Source: Promethearchaeota archaeon (lineage in GTDB: Archaea > Asgardarchaeota > Lokiarchaeia > Sigyniarchaeales > SOKP01). Taken from it: a DNA stretch of 64,000 bases. Below the pieces are notes generated by a model, which saw only the letters and a program-made list of their open reading frames with translations, made no database searches and was not told the origin of the DNA. The stretch is from assembly GCA_029838195.1 (NCBI GenBank), contig JALGVJ010000003.1:1-64000 (forward strand), read 5' to 3'. A program made the translations under genes and the position numbers. Shown piece by piece: positions 49,899 to 61,083 of this stretch (position 1 is its first letter; each line of letters begins with the position of its first letter).

Positions 49899-50185
49899 GT
49901 GTTTTTTAGAAATTTATATCTTTCTAAAAATATAAAATTAGAAAATTTAAAAAATTCGAATCTCGCTTCATCACCATAACGACAATAAAAATTAAAAAAA
50001 TGTTATCATCCAATTCTCTAATAAACCACATTAATATAAATTTTTTTTTTGGTAATTGAGATAAATTAAATAATATCATCAAGAAGATTACATAAGAAAT
50101 GGTAGATTCAAAGAATTTAATATTATTAAGATTAATCTTTAAATGAGTATCAATAAGCAAAAAAAGGAAAAAGGTATGTAAAATC

Positions 50186-51310
50186 GTGTCAGAGAAAGAA
50201 AAAGAAGAAGGGATATATTATATTGATGCCAAGCAATTAGAAAGCTTTATGAGGGACGTTTTCATAGCGTTAGGCGTGCCCGAAGAGGATGCGAAGATCA
50301 TAGCAGATGTCTTAATCACGTCTGATTTGCGGGGGATAGAGTCTCACGGCGTTCAGCGTTTCAAGATGTATTATGATAGAATTCGTGCGGGCATTTATGA
50401 AACTAAAACCAAGATTGATGTCATAAAAGATGGCCCCACCACGGCGTTATGGGATGGTAATAACGGAATGGGGCACGTCATTGCGTATAAAGCCATGAAA
50501 ACAGCCATAGAAAAGGCAAAGAAGTACGGATTAGGCGCCGTGGCGGTCAGGAATTCCACGCATTTTGGGATTGCCGGCTATTATTCCTTGATGGCGATAA
50601 AAGAAGGCATGATTGGCATTACAACCACGAATGCGAGACCGTCGATTCCTCCGACTTTTGGGTGCGAACCGATGTTAGGTACGAATCCCTTGACAGTGGG
50701 AGCTCCAACAGATGAAGAATTTCCTTTTCTCTTGGATTGCGCGACTTCTATCATCCAGCGGGGAAAAGTAGAGCTATATGCTCGGTTAAACAAGAAACTT
50801 CCGAAAAATACGGTAATTGATGACAAAGGAGAAGAATTAAGAGATCCTCAAGAAATTTTAGATAAGATGTTAGAAAGGAAAGCTTGTTTATTGCCATTAG
50901 GGGGGAAGGGAGAAGAAACTGCTGGTTATAAAGGATATGGATATGCTACAGTGGTCGAGCTGTTATCTGCTGCCTTGCAAGAGGGGATATATTTAAGGGA
51001 TACCTTAGGGATCAAGGAAAATGGACAAAAACGATTAAAAGTAGGGCATTTCTTCTTGGCAATTAATATAGAGAATTTTGCCGGTTTAGAATCATTTAAA
51101 AGAACCGCAGGTAATATCATGAGAGATTTGCGAAGTTCTCGAAAGATACCCGGCAAAGAAAGAATTTATACTGCCGGTGAAAAGGAGCACGAGATGAGCA
51201 AGAAACGAGAAAAAACGGGAATCCCCCTTAATAAGAGCATTCAAGAAGATCTTTTAACCATGCAAAAAGAATTAGGATTAACTCAATATAAATTTCCTTT
51301 TAAATCATGA
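50186..51310 (+). CDS. Ldh_2 family (malate/L-lactate/sulfolactate) dehydrogenase
   Basis: DLRGIESHG, RNSTHFG, GTNP, D.ATS, GYKGYG. Confidence 0.92.
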   Translation: MSEKEKEEGIYYIDAKQLESFMRDVFIALGVPEEDAKIIADVLITSDLRGIESHGVQRFKMYYDRIRAGIYETKTKIDVIKDGPTTALWDGNNGMGHVIAYKAMKTAIEKAKKYGLGAVAVRNSTHFGIAGYYSLMAIKEGMIGITTTNARPSIPPTFGCEPMLGTNPLTVGAPTDEEFPFLLDCATSIIQRGKVELYARLNKKLPKNTVIDDKGEELRDPQEILDKMLERKACLLPLGGKGEETAGYKGYGYATVVELLSAALQEGIYLRDTLGIKENGQKRLKVGHFFLAINIENFAGLESFKRTAGNIMRDLRSSRKIPGKERIYTAGEKEHEMSKKREKTGIPLNKSIQEDLLTMQKELGLTQYKFPFKS

Positions 51311-51343
51311 AATTAAAACCAAGAAATTCAATTTATCTAAATT

Positions 51344-52813
51344 TCACAATTTTTTATTTCTTTCTTGCTTATTTTTGAAAATGGTTCCATTCGTTCGACC
51401 AATAATCGGTTCGGAATGAATGATGACTTCCAAACTCTTTTCCAAGTTTAACCTTTCTTTTATTTCAAGTTCCAAACGGGACACGAGATTATGTACTTGG
51501 AAAATATTTAACGAGCCATCAAAAAAAACGTGAATTTCTAATATTAAATGATCCAAGGTTTTCCAGAATTCTAATCCATGATATCCTCGTATAGCTTCAT
51601 ATTTTTTTAGAATTTCCTCAATTTCTGCTTTAAGTTCCAATTTTTTTTCCTTATCTTTCAATGCAAAATCCACGGGTTCCATACCTTTTTCTACATGTTC
51701 AATTTGAGGCTCAATATGAGTAATGATGCGGGTGAGTTCAGGCGCTAATTTTTTAATGTCTCGTTCAAATCTCGTAGAAATGTCATGAGCTTGTTGGAGC
51801 GACAAATTAGGAATCATCACGATGGTGAAGGAGAAAAACAATTTATCTTTAAAAGAAAACAAGTTGCATTCTTTAAGTTCCGTTATTTCTGGATATTCTG
51901 GTTTTAAAGAATACACGATATTCATGAGATTATCCTTATAAATTAATTCGCTTCCTAAAGGATTCATTTCAATAATCATTTCTAACTCGTGAGCGGGGAA
52001 CAATCGTTTCCCAATAGCTTTTATTGCTAAATTAATTTCATTTGCTCGCGCCACGGAGATATGATCTTCAACAAATAAAACGATTTCTATGAATAATCTA
52101 TTCTTAATAACTCGTAATTTTATATCTTGAATCCCATTTACGTGCTTGAGATTAAAAATTTCTCGTCGAAATTGTTCCATGATGTATTGATTAACGGGAT
52201 TCACGTCCATTAATGCATTAATTCCGCCCCTTAATAATTTAAGAGCTCCAACGATTATCCAACCGGATAAAATGATGCTGATGATGGGATCCATGAAAGT
52301 GATGCCTACGAGGGATAAAATAAAACTTGCCAGTACTAATAAAGCCCGTAGCGAATCTTGAAATAAATTTAATCCTTGTAATTCCAAGGATAAACTCCTG
52401 TTCTTTTTTCCTTGCCAAATCAAAATCCTCGAATAAGCCATGTTAATCATGAAAGAAATTATCAAAAAGATCATTCCGGTTTCTGGATTTTTAATTTCAA
52501 ACACGCCTGTTAAAAGCGTGCGAAGTGCATTAAAAACTAAAAACATGTAAATAGCGATTAGAATGACGCTTTGAATTAATGCTCCAATTTCATCAATCTT
52601 AGAATGTCCATACATGTGTTCATGGTCAGCAGGTTTTCCGCTTTGATATAAAAAATATAAAGTAATGGATATGAACACGATATCTACTAACGTATCTATA
52701 GTTTCAGATAAAAAACTCAAGCTATTAGTAATTAATACTCCAATGATTTTCAAACACGATTGAATCAAGATGATGAAAAGAGTTATAACGCCAAATTTCA
52801 TTTTATCGTTCAT
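51344..52813 (-). CDS. Cation diffusion facilitator transporter with three C-terminal ZT_dimer-like domains
   Basis: KPAD.EH.YGH.K; three repeats ending in (H/E)xxP (EMNP, HIEP, HSEP). Confidence 0.85.
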   Translation of the reverse strand: MNDKMKFGVITLFIILIQSCLKIIGVLITNSLSFLSETIDTLVDIVFISITLYFLYQSGKPADHEHMYGHSKIDEIGALIQSVILIAIYMFLVFNALRTLLTGVFEIKNPETGMIFLIISFMINMAYSRILIWQGKKNRSLSLELQGLNLFQDSLRALLVLASFILSLVGITFMDPIISIILSGWIIVGALKLLRGGINALMDVNPVNQYIMEQFRREIFNLKHVNGIQDIKLRVIKNRLFIEIVLFVEDHISVARANEINLAIKAIGKRLFPAHELEMIIEMNPLGSELIYKDNLMNIVYSLKPEYPEITELKECNLFSFKDKLFFSFTIVMIPNLSLQQAHDISTRFERDIKKLAPELTRIITHIEPQIEHVEKGMEPVDFALKDKEKKLELKAEIEEILKKYEAIRGYHGLEFWKTLDHLILEIHVFFDGSLNIFQVHNLVSRLELEIKERLNLEKSLEVIIHSEPIIGRTNGTIFKNKQERNKKL

Positions 52814-52903
52814 GTCTTTCTCTGCCTTTAATTTATTAGAATTAATGTAAAAAATAGAAATAAAAAAATAAAGAATAACTTTTGAACTTTTTGGATTTAA
52901 CGG

Positions 52904-54139
52904 TTATAATGCTTCTCGAGGAATTATTACTTCTAAATCTGAGATGGGATAAGAGCAGCATGGATGGAAATAATTAAATTTTTTATCTCCTTCTCTTCGC
53001 CAATCAGAGAGCGGATTAACGTACACATTTCCTGATACCAAAAGTGAACGGCAGAATCCGCATTCTCCTGAGCGACATTTTGAAGGCGGAGCAAGATTGG
53101 CTCTTTCTAAAGCCACTAATACGGATTCCGTGGCAATAGCAGGAATTTCTTTCGTTAGAGTACCAATAGTCGCCTTGATTTTAAAGGTTTTTTCTGCAAC
53201 TGTTTGAGGATAGCCAGGCAACGCCAACACGTTTTTTGGTTCTCCAAAAGCTTCTCTCCGCACTCTTTTTGGAGGTAGATTGAATTTTTTGAGTTGCTCT
53301 TCCACAAAATTATACATGACTTGAGGACCGCAGATAAAAAATGAACTATTATTTACGTCGGTGTATTTTTCAATGATCTCAGAGGTAATAAAACCCGTTT
53401 CACATCCTGTAAGGGTGACTTCTTCAGAACTCAATACGATGACCATTTTAAATTTGTCTGGATGCTCGCTTTCCATTTTTTTAAGCTCATCATGGAAGAT
53501 GATATCTTCCTCATCACTACAACCATAAATTAATGTCAGCTTTGCATCGCAATTCCCTTCAATGATATCTTTAGCAATAGATCGAAACGGCGTAATGCCT
53601 GAGCCACCTGCGAGCCCCACGATGTGTTGCTTATCCCTCAACGGTTCGTAATAAAAGAAACCTTCGGGTCCGGAGGTCTCGATTTTCGTGCCTACTGTCC
53701 AATTATCCCATATATAATGGGTTAAAAATCCCTCTTCTTCCCTTTTAATCGTAAGGTCATAAAACCCTTTTAAAGCTTCGGATGGGGAAGAAGAGATGGA
53801 ATAAGGTCGGGTAATCCTCACGCCATTTACGTTAACTTTCACGCTTAAATATTGTCCGGCTCGAAAGTAAGCTAACTCTTTAGTGGGTGAATCGGGATTG
53901 GGTACTAACCGGAATGTTTTTGTTGATTTAGTTTCATCTTTAATTTCATTGATTTTCAGGTACTGGCGTTTCGGATGCAATTTTTTAGCCAATTCATTCA
54001 TGGGGTCAGATTTTATGGGTTTGCTTGGCGCTTTTTCAAACCTTTTTTTCCGCTCTGGTACCAACTTAGTAAATGCAAGCAAATCCTTTGTATTACTTCT
54101 AACCGTGATGGTCAAGTCTTTATCTTGTTTTCCACTCAT
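52904..54139 (-). CDS. FNR-type FAD/NAD(P) oxidoreductase with C-terminal [2Fe-2S] ferredoxin
   Basis: FRAGQY, RPYSISS, AGGSGITP, FICGP, CRSGECGFC...C. Confidence 0.9.
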   Translation of the reverse strand: MSGKQDKDLTITVRSNTKDLLAFTKLVPERKKRFEKAPSKPIKSDPMNELAKKLHPKRQYLKINEIKDETKSTKTFRLVPNPDSPTKELAYFRAGQYLSVKVNVNGVRITRPYSISSSPSEALKGFYDLTIKREEEGFLTHYIWDNWTVGTKIETSGPEGFFYYEPLRDKQHIVGLAGGSGITPFRSIAKDIIEGNCDAKLTLIYGCSDEEDIIFHDELKKMESEHPDKFKMVIVLSSEEVTLTGCETGFITSEIIEKYTDVNNSSFFICGPQVMYNFVEEQLKKFNLPPKRVRREAFGEPKNVLALPGYPQTVAEKTFKIKATIGTLTKEIPAIATESVLVALERANLAPPSKCRSGECGFCRSLLVSGNVYVNPLSDWRREGDKKFNYFHPCCSYPISDLEVIIPREAL

Positions 54140-55707
54140 TTTATCACGCCCTCCTTTATTAATTCTTGTAAAGTCAACAATCCCGCAGTTTCTCCATCCT
54201 TCATGGCGCTACTGTACCCGTGGCAGCGTTTTCCAAACCCTCCGCAGAATTCTAATCCTTGAATGTGTTTCTCATCATTCATGTTCATTAACCGTGCGAT
54301 AAAAGAATCCCAAGAATCGGGTTCATATCCATACACGACGCCGTTATATGTTCCCGTATATCTGGCAAATGTTTGAGGGGTTGCTATTTCAATTTCTTCT
54401 ATGTGGTCCATGATATTGGTTCCCGTAGCTTTTTCAAAATTTCGGATTAATCCTTCGGCAATCTTATTTTTCAATTTAAAATATTCTTCCGGCTTGACAT
54501 TATCCCACACTCCCGGAAGGAACGCGGAGGTTATGGAAAGAATGCTTGTTCCTGGAGGGGAACAATCAGGAATGGCTGCATTCAAGCATATGGTAGCTTG
54601 GACTTTAGGAATCTCTAATTTACCTAAAGATTCATAAAGAACATCGGTATCTGAGGTTTCGTTGATAAAATAACTATATTCTGTTAAACCCAACTCTTCT
54701 GCGGATGCATCTAATCCCATGTACACAACAAACGTCGAAATGGCGTGCCGCCGAGCATTGATTTCCTTTAATGCGATTTCCGGGACTTCACTTTTTGGAT
54801 AAATGAGTTTATTATATACAAGAGTAGGGGATGCATTGGAAACCACGTGGTTAGTTTTGATTTTATCGCCATTTGATGTTTCAACACCCACGACCCTGCC
54901 ATCTTCTACTAATATTTTGTCAACCCTGGTATTGTATTCTATTTTTCCTCCAAATTCTCTTATTTTAGCATCTAAGGCGGTTGTAAATTCATTTGAGCGA
55001 TATTTGGGTATGTATGCCCCTCTACGGATGTATAGATATGTCATGATAGTATATATCGTGGAATTCATTCTGCTTTCTGGTAGGCCTAAATAGACCCAAT
55101 AAGCATTTAATATTTTTCGTGCTTGTTCAGGGATACCTAAAGCATCTTGAACTTCTTTAAGAGAATAAGCTGAAGTTTTTAAAAAATTGGAGTGTTCTTG
55201 TAATAAAACTTTTTGATCTGGATTTCCTTTGGTTTGCCCAATGTAGGTTGTCGCTCGCAGGATGTCCTCCCCTAATTTGAAGAATTTCTCCACGGATTCT
55301 TTACTCCCCGGTACTTCTTTTTCGAGCGCTTCAATGAATTCATTTATTCCAAAGGGCATTGTAACATCGAGTTTCTCCTTAGGATCTGTTAAAATGAGCC
55401 TATATGCTTCTGGAACCCTAATGAATTCCGCATCTAAATTAAATTTATCTTCAAATAATACTCGAATGCCACCTTTATCATCTGGTGGCCCAAAATCGCA
55501 CAATTCGTGTAAAGATGTTTCAAATTCAAATCGTCCCCTAACAAAACTTGATGCAAATCCACCGGGTAAATTATGTTGCTCTAAAAGTAGAACTTTCGCT
55601 CCTTTCATGGCTAATTGAGTTGCTGCCACTAATCCGCCGTTTCCCGCTCCTATAATCACCGCATCATAAGCAGCATCATATTTTTCTTGCGTTATTTGTT
55701 CTGTCAT
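54136..55707 (-). CDS. Phytoene desaturase/retinol saturase-like FAD oxidoreductase
   Basis: IIGAGNGGL, LLEQH..PGG...SF.RG.F.FE, ATP.T..RYT....G..YG. Confidence 0.88.
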   Translation of the reverse strand: MTEQITQEKYDAAYDAVIIGAGNGGLVAATQLAMKGAKVLLLEQHNLPGGFASSFVRGRFEFETSLHELCDFGPPDDKGGIRVLFEDKFNLDAEFIRVPEAYRLILTDPKEKLDVTMPFGINEFIEALEKEVPGSKESVEKFFKLGEDILRATTYIGQTKGNPDQKVLLQEHSNFLKTSAYSLKEVQDALGIPEQARKILNAYWVYLGLPESRMNSTIYTIMTYLYIRRGAYIPKYRSNEFTTALDAKIREFGGKIEYNTRVDKILVEDGRVVGVETSNGDKIKTNHVVSNASPTLVYNKLIYPKSEVPEIALKEINARRHAISTFVVYMGLDASAEELGLTEYSYFINETSDTDVLYESLGKLEIPKVQATICLNAAIPDCSPPGTSILSITSAFLPGVWDNVKPEEYFKLKNKIAEGLIRNFEKATGTNIMDHIEEIEIATPQTFARYTGTYNGVVYGYEPDSWDSFIARLMNMNDEKHIQGLEFCGGFGKRCHGYSSAMKDGETAGLLTLQELIKEGVIK

Positions 55708-55962
55708 GATTTTTTCTCTTTCTTTAATTTGGATTATTAAATTATATGATTATCAGAAACTATTAAAGTCTTTTTCATTTAAAAATCCAAAATTTTACAT
55801 GATTGGAAAAAAGCTCGGTTCTGAATTAATTTCAAATAATAAGCATCCATGGGCGTCCTTATTAATCGAATTTCCTTAATAAATGAATCTTAAGCTTAAA
55901 ATTTTCCTCATGAATAAAATATTATTTAAATGCGGAAGTAGGCTTTTAATAGAGCAAATTCA

Positions 55963-57429
55963 TCATCCTAAAAATCGACGAATATTGGCTGCCATTAATA
56001 CTTGCTCTTCGATGTTCACGTTTTTAATTTTCTTGAGAGATGAAGAAATAAAAGTGGTAATACTTTCATGCTCTTCATTAATTTCATGGTCAATATTTAA
56101 TTCATTTATTTTTTCTATTAATGGTTCAGGTAAGTAATCTTGGTGGGGATTATAATATTGTAAAGCATCTTTAAGGTCTTTTCGAAAATTTACATAAACC
56201 TCCTCCACTTGTTCTAAATCTTTATCGGAAAGAGCGTTAAGCCCTAAAATTTCGGGAGGAATCCCGATGGAGTAAAGTGCAGCCGTAAAGGTGATGGCTC
56301 TTGGTAGCTGAATACCGTTGACACTTCGAGAATAGCCGAATAGACCAATGTGTAGTTTTCTTTTCCTGCGTTTTGGAACAAATCTAGCAATTTTGTTGAT
56401 GAAAGGGGCGAGAAGTTTAATTTGTCTTGAATATTCTTCAATATATTTGTCTAAGATTGGTAGAATTTTTTCTTCTTCTACCTTACGGGGAGGAGAACGT
56501 TTTCGCTCTTTAATTTGATTTATAGCCCGTGTTACCTTCTCCGGTGGATTATCATATTTAAATGCGGATTGAATGGTGAAGGTATGCACGCTCGGATATT
56601 CATTTGATACCCGCTCTACTGTATCTGGGCAAAGATTTCCTCTAAAGGGGGGTGATCCTACGCCAATAATGGGAAATAATTCTATGTTTATTTTTTCAGC
56701 TAAGTTATAAATTTTCTGAAGGGCAATTTTGTTGAATAATACAGCTGATAATAAGCCATAGTTCATCGCAGGATCTGATCTCGCTAAAAATACACGTTGA
56801 TATTCAAAATCTTTATCAATTAAATATTCTCGCAAGATCTCGTGAGCAGATAACATGTGTTCTTTATCCTCAAAAAGAGGAATGACATTAATTTGTTCTG
56901 GCTTGAATTTTCCAATCCATTCTGCAATGGTAATATCTCCCCCTTGAAAAGCAAAATTCTGCTTGCCAACCACAAAATCCTTGTAATATTTATAGATCCT
57001 TTCAATACTTTGAACAGACGTTGTCATGGGAAGAATTATTTCAAATATTGGCGCTATATCATCATTAAATAGTAAATTAGAGGCATCAAAAGATCGAGGA
57101 ATGCTCTCTAAGGTCTCTAAAAGTATCTTTGCTTCTGCTCTTTCAATTAAAGGATTAGGAACACGCAAGGTAAGGAACACGTCTCTTCCCAGCCGCTTTT
57201 CCTCAAAAAACGTTTTATAGCGCGTTATTAATTTTTTCACGACATAATTATCAATTTCTTTTCCTTCACAATCCCACATCTGCTCATCGCATCCCAAATG
57301 AGAAAAAGCATAATAAGCTTCCATTATCTCGTCTTCACCCCCAATTTCAGAACTCTCTGTAAAAAAAGGGGAATTAACGTTATCGGGATGCTGTGTGGAC
57401 ATGCATTTTGGAATATTCATGCGGATCAT
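55963..57429 (-). CDS. ppcA: Archaeal-type phosphoenolpyruvate carboxylase
   Basis: IPKCMSTQHPDN, MWDCEGK, VIPLFED, RVFLARSDPA, GSPPFRG, LPRAITF. Confidence 0.96.
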   Translation of the reverse strand: MIRMNIPKCMSTQHPDNVNSPFFTESSEIGGEDEIMEAYYAFSHLGCDEQMWDCEGKEIDNYVVKKLITRYKTFFEEKRLGRDVFLTLRVPNPLIERAEAKILLETLESIPRSFDASNLLFNDDIAPIFEIILPMTTSVQSIERIYKYYKDFVVGKQNFAFQGGDITIAEWIGKFKPEQINVIPLFEDKEHMLSAHEILREYLIDKDFEYQRVFLARSDPAMNYGLLSAVLFNKIALQKIYNLAEKINIELFPIIGVGSPPFRGNLCPDTVERVSNEYPSVHTFTIQSAFKYDNPPEKVTRAINQIKERKRSPPRKVEEEKILPILDKYIEEYSRQIKLLAPFINKIARFVPKRRKRKLHIGLFGYSRSVNGIQLPRAITFTAALYSIGIPPEILGLNALSDKDLEQVEEVYVNFRKDLKDALQYYNPHQDYLPEPLIEKINELNIDHEINEEHESITTFISSSLKKIKNVNIEEQVLMAANIRRFLG

Positions 57430-57740
57430 CGTTCTCCTTTTATTAAAATAAATAAGGTAAAATAAAGGGATTAATTTACTTCTTATTCTTTAATGGTTCT
57501 AAAAATCTATTTTTATTTGACGAATTTTTTAAAAACCTTATTTGGCTAACTACAGGAAAATAAGTCAAAACGAAAACATCCATTTTTATCAAATTTCTTA
57601 AAGCTTTGCTAATGATTCTTAATTCTGAGAAATAAAAGCATGAATATCTAATAAAATTATCTTTAATTGATATATAACAAGTTATTGTTCCATTCAATGT
57701 GGTTAGAAAATATTTAATTACATAAGGAAATCCAACTCAA

Positions 57741-58613
57741 TCATTTTCGAGAGGGGGAGGCATAGCAATAATCACAATCATGCTTGCATTTGAAAATCCC
57801 CGTATATCCCCCAATATCTTTTGATTTGTGACAATTACAATTCTTTCTCTGGCCTGTATCGCGAATTTTTGGAATGGTTTCTCCCGCTAATGCTTCGATT
57901 TTAGTCGCATCAATACAACATGCTTGTTCAATTCCCGAAATTCTTAACAAATCAGGTTGACAACACGCCTTCATCACTACATCATGTTTTTTACATGTCG
58001 AGAGTAATTTTATTACAATTTCTTTTTTTTCCTGGAATGACAAGGTAACGGGATGTTTTCCTCGAGCAATCATTCTTTTTTTTACTTTTGGATAAATGGT
58101 AACAAAAGAAAAGATCATTTCTTCAAGTCCTAAAGAAGAGATGGTCTCGATGATGTATTCAAAATGAGTTAAATTATCATGAATTTTTTTTCCTTTCTTG
58201 TAAAAAACAATTGGATCAAATCTAAAATTTACCGCTAATTTGCCGAAAGTCTTGATTAACCATTTTAATTGCTCGAATCTTTCCTCTAAAGAGATGGTCA
58301 CATTAGGCTCTAATTCCGAGGGAGAATTAATGGTAAAATGAAAATAATGGGCTTTATATTGATTAAATAGTGGACGGTTCTGATGGTAGCATTTAATAAA
58401 AGGACCAAAATCTTTTGACCACCATACCCAGCATTTTACATCCTCCGGCAAGAGAGATACTCGATATACTTGCTTTGGATTAAAGGGATTGCGCACGTCC
58501 ACGTATCCCATATTAATTTTATCCATGACCCAATCCATCAAAAAAGCCGGAATATCACACCTTCTGGAACAGGATAGGATGGGAGATTTTACAAAAGGAA
58601 TGGTCGCATCCAC
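57741..58613 (-). CDS. DUF1848 family protein
   Basis: S.SRR.DIPAF, V.NPFN, RFDPI, D.GQR..C.C..S.DIG.Y, C.H.C.YCYA. Confidence 0.88.
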   Translation of the reverse strand: MDATIPFVKSPILSCSRRCDIPAFLMDWVMDKINMGYVDVRNPFNPKQVYRVSLLPEDVKCWVWWSKDFGPFIKCYHQNRPLFNQYKAHYFHFTINSPSELEPNVTISLEERFEQLKWLIKTFGKLAVNFRFDPIVFYKKGKKIHDNLTHFEYIIETISSLGLEEMIFSFVTIYPKVKKRMIARGKHPVTLSFQEKKEIVIKLLSTCKKHDVVMKACCQPDLLRISGIEQACCIDATKIEALAGETIPKIRDTGQRKNCNCHKSKDIGGYTGIFKCKHDCDYCYASPSRK

Positions 58614-58983
58614 GCATGTTCCCTCTGAATTAATCGCATTACTTTAATTCATTTCAATTAACTGAATAAAAAATATTCTAAGAAAAAAATAAATTAAACA
58701 ATAAATAATTAATTGAAAAGTTTTAACAAGAGGATTACAATAAAATGATTTTATCAGGTAAGCGGTCGTTTTCTTTAAAATTTATCCTTTTTTTTATTCA
58801 CCTTCCATTGTTTCTTTACTCTGCGGAGGTAGGATTTCTCATTTCCTAAAAAGAATTAAAAATTTTACTTTTTGTAATTATTTTATTAAGGTCATTTATT
58901 TTCAAGGATAAACTATTAATATCTTTTTGAATCTTTAAAAATTATACATGAAATTACAAATCATTTCAAGTTGGATTTAAATC

Positions 58984-60006
58984 ATGATTCCTTCAATAGA
59001 ATGGGTGGACAATAAGGTAAAAATGATTGACCAAACGGTATTACCGTTTGAGCTGAAATTTCTCGAATTTACCGATTATCGTGATGTGGCACGCTCTATC
59101 AAGGTAATGAACATAAGAGGCGCTCCCGCAATCGGCGTGGCAGCAGCTATGGGTATGGCACTGGCAACAATTGAGTATAAAGAATTACCCAAAGCCCAAT
59201 TCTTAGAAAAAGTAAAAGAAGCTGCTGAAGTCATTAAAAACACGCGGCCTACAGCTTCTAATCTCTTTTGGGCTGTTAATCGCATGTTGAATCTCATTCA
59301 TTCCCTTCCCGACAATCCTGAAGAAATATCAGAATTGGTCATCGAAGAGGCTAAATTAATGGCTCAAGAAGATATAAACGTCAATAAAAGTATTGGCAAG
59401 CATGGTGCCACGATTTTAGAAGATGGAGATACGGTTCTCACGCATTGTAATGCAGGTTCCTTGGCCACGGTTCAATATGGAACAGCTTTAGCTCCCATAA
59501 GATCGGCTATCGAACAAGGAAAAAAAATCAGCGTGATTGCGGATGAAACAAGGCCTCGACTACAAGGAGCTCGATTAACTGCTTATGAATTGCATTATGA
59601 TAATATCCCCGTAAAGGTCATTTCAGATACCTCTTCTGGATTATTAATGCGATTAGGAAAAATTGATAAAGTTATCGTGGGAACAGACCGAGTTACTACT
59701 GATGCCGTGTTCAACAAAATTGGAACCTATTTGGTGGCGTTAGCAGCAAAAGATAATAATATACCATTTTACGTGGCAGCACCCACATCCACTTTGTCTC
59801 TTCACGAAACCATTGAGGATGTTACCATCGAACAGAGAGATAGTTCCGAAGTTTGTACCGTGTTAGGTAAAGTACGCATCGTACCGGAAGGAGTGGAGTG
59901 CTTGAATTATGCGTTTGATATTACTCCATTCCGGCTTGTTACAGGGATAATTACAGAAGATGGGATTTTTACGCCGGAAGAATTGTTAAAAAAATATAAA
60001 ATTTAA
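58984..60006 (+). CDS. mtnA: S-methyl-5-thioribose-1-phosphate isomerase
   Basis: DQT.LP, RGAPAIG, RPTA.NL, LTHCNAG.LAT, ETRP.LQGARLT, NKIGTY, FDITP. Confidence 0.93.
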   Translation: MIPSIEWVDNKVKMIDQTVLPFELKFLEFTDYRDVARSIKVMNIRGAPAIGVAAAMGMALATIEYKELPKAQFLEKVKEAAEVIKNTRPTASNLFWAVNRMLNLIHSLPDNPEEISELVIEEAKLMAQEDINVNKSIGKHGATILEDGDTVLTHCNAGSLATVQYGTALAPIRSAIEQGKKISVIADETRPRLQGARLTAYELHYDNIPVKVISDTSSGLLMRLGKIDKVIVGTDRVTTDAVFNKIGTYLVALAAKDNNIPFYVAAPTSTLSLHETIEDVTIEQRDSSEVCTVLGKVRIVPEGVECLNYAFDITPFRLVTGIITEDGIFTPEELLKKYKI

Positions 60007-60093
60007 TCTTTTATCTTTTAATTTTTCTGTAGGTCTCGAATTTTTTAATATCAAATAGATTTGAGCATTTTCATCTTAATTTTTCGCATGAAA

Positions 60094-61083
60094 TTAATTA
60101 GAAAATAATCCGTTTAACACGCTTCTTAATTGATGTAAATTCTTGGTATTACTAAGAGCCATTCGAATATTTGTAGAATTTTCTATATCTTTTGTTAACC
60201 AAATGGAATTTCGTTTCAATTCAATGAATTTAAAAGATTCTTTATTATAAGGTAATTCAATATTTTCTAAGAATTGATCAATTATTTTTTCATATAATTC
60301 TAAATTCTTCTGCATGAGTTTTAAACCATTTTCATGGGGAATCCAATTCCCTGTTTTCAAGAATTGGTCTACTTGTTCGAATATTGCGGGATTACCCATG
60401 GAGGCTCTTCCAATCATTAATGCATCCACTTTTACGTGTTCAAGATAATACCTTGCCATTTTTCCGTTAAAAATATCTCCATTTCCCACTATCGGCAAAT
60501 TCAATCGTTCCTTAAGTTTCTTAATGGTTTCTAAATCAAGATTTTCTCTCTCGAATCGATGTTTTACCGTTCTTCCATGAACTGTTAAAAATTCAATATC
60601 TAAATCGTTAATGAATCCACAAAATTCCTCGACATTTAAAGGTTCTTCAAAACCCGTTCTAATTTTTAATGAAACCGGAACAGATGAATATTTTAAGGCC
60701 GTTTCCACTATTTTTTTTAATTTATCTAAATTTTTAAGCAAGAATCCTCCATATCCCGCTTTAAGAGCTCTCTTTGAAGGACAGCCTGCATTAATGTCTA
60801 AAATGTCGTAGCTATAACTTTCTAAGTGATCGAGTGCTTTCTTTAGCGCTTCGGCATCCTCCCCGATTATTTGAATGCTAATTGGTTTTTCTTCTTTAAT
60901 TTTCATGAGAGGTAATTGAACGGATTTCGGATTTGAAGCAATTCGTTTAGCATAAATCATGGGAACGCTCACTAATCCAATGGGATAAAAATAACGACAA
61001 AATCGCCTATAGGGTGCAGTTGTCACGTTTTGCATTGGTGCCAGCATGAGGTTGTTCTTTAATGCCAAACGACCCAACTTCAT
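60094..61083 (-). CDS. dus: tRNA-dihydrouridine synthase
   Basis: LAPM, DIN.GCP, K.R.G, VHGR, GNGDI, MIGR...GNP. Confidence 0.92.
   Translation of the reverse strand: MKLGRLALKNNLMLAPMQNVTTAPYRRFCRYFYPIGLVSVPMIYAKRIASNPKSVQLPLMKIKEEKPISIQIIGEDAEALKKALDHLESYSYDILDINAGCPSKRALKAGYGGFLLKNLDKLKKIVETALKYSSVPVSLKIRTGFEEPLNVEEFCGFINDLDIEFLTVHGRTVKHRFERENLDLETIKKLKERLNLPIVGNGDIFNGKMARYYLEHVKVDALMIGRASMGNPAIFEQVDQFLKTGNWIPHENGLKLMQKNLELYEKIIDQFLENIELPYNKESFKFIELKRNSIWLTKDIENSTNIRMALSNTKNLHQLRSVLNGLFSN

Noticed and set aside
49924-50160. 78-aa minus-strand ORF and the other short antisense ORFs nested in long genes
   Set aside because: Low-complexity AT-rich or shadow frames without motifs or ribosome-binding sites.
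58984-60006. eIF2B subunit as a eukaryotic signature
   Set aside because: RGAPAIG, THCNAG.LAT and ETRP.LQG.RLT fit MtnA-type isomerases.
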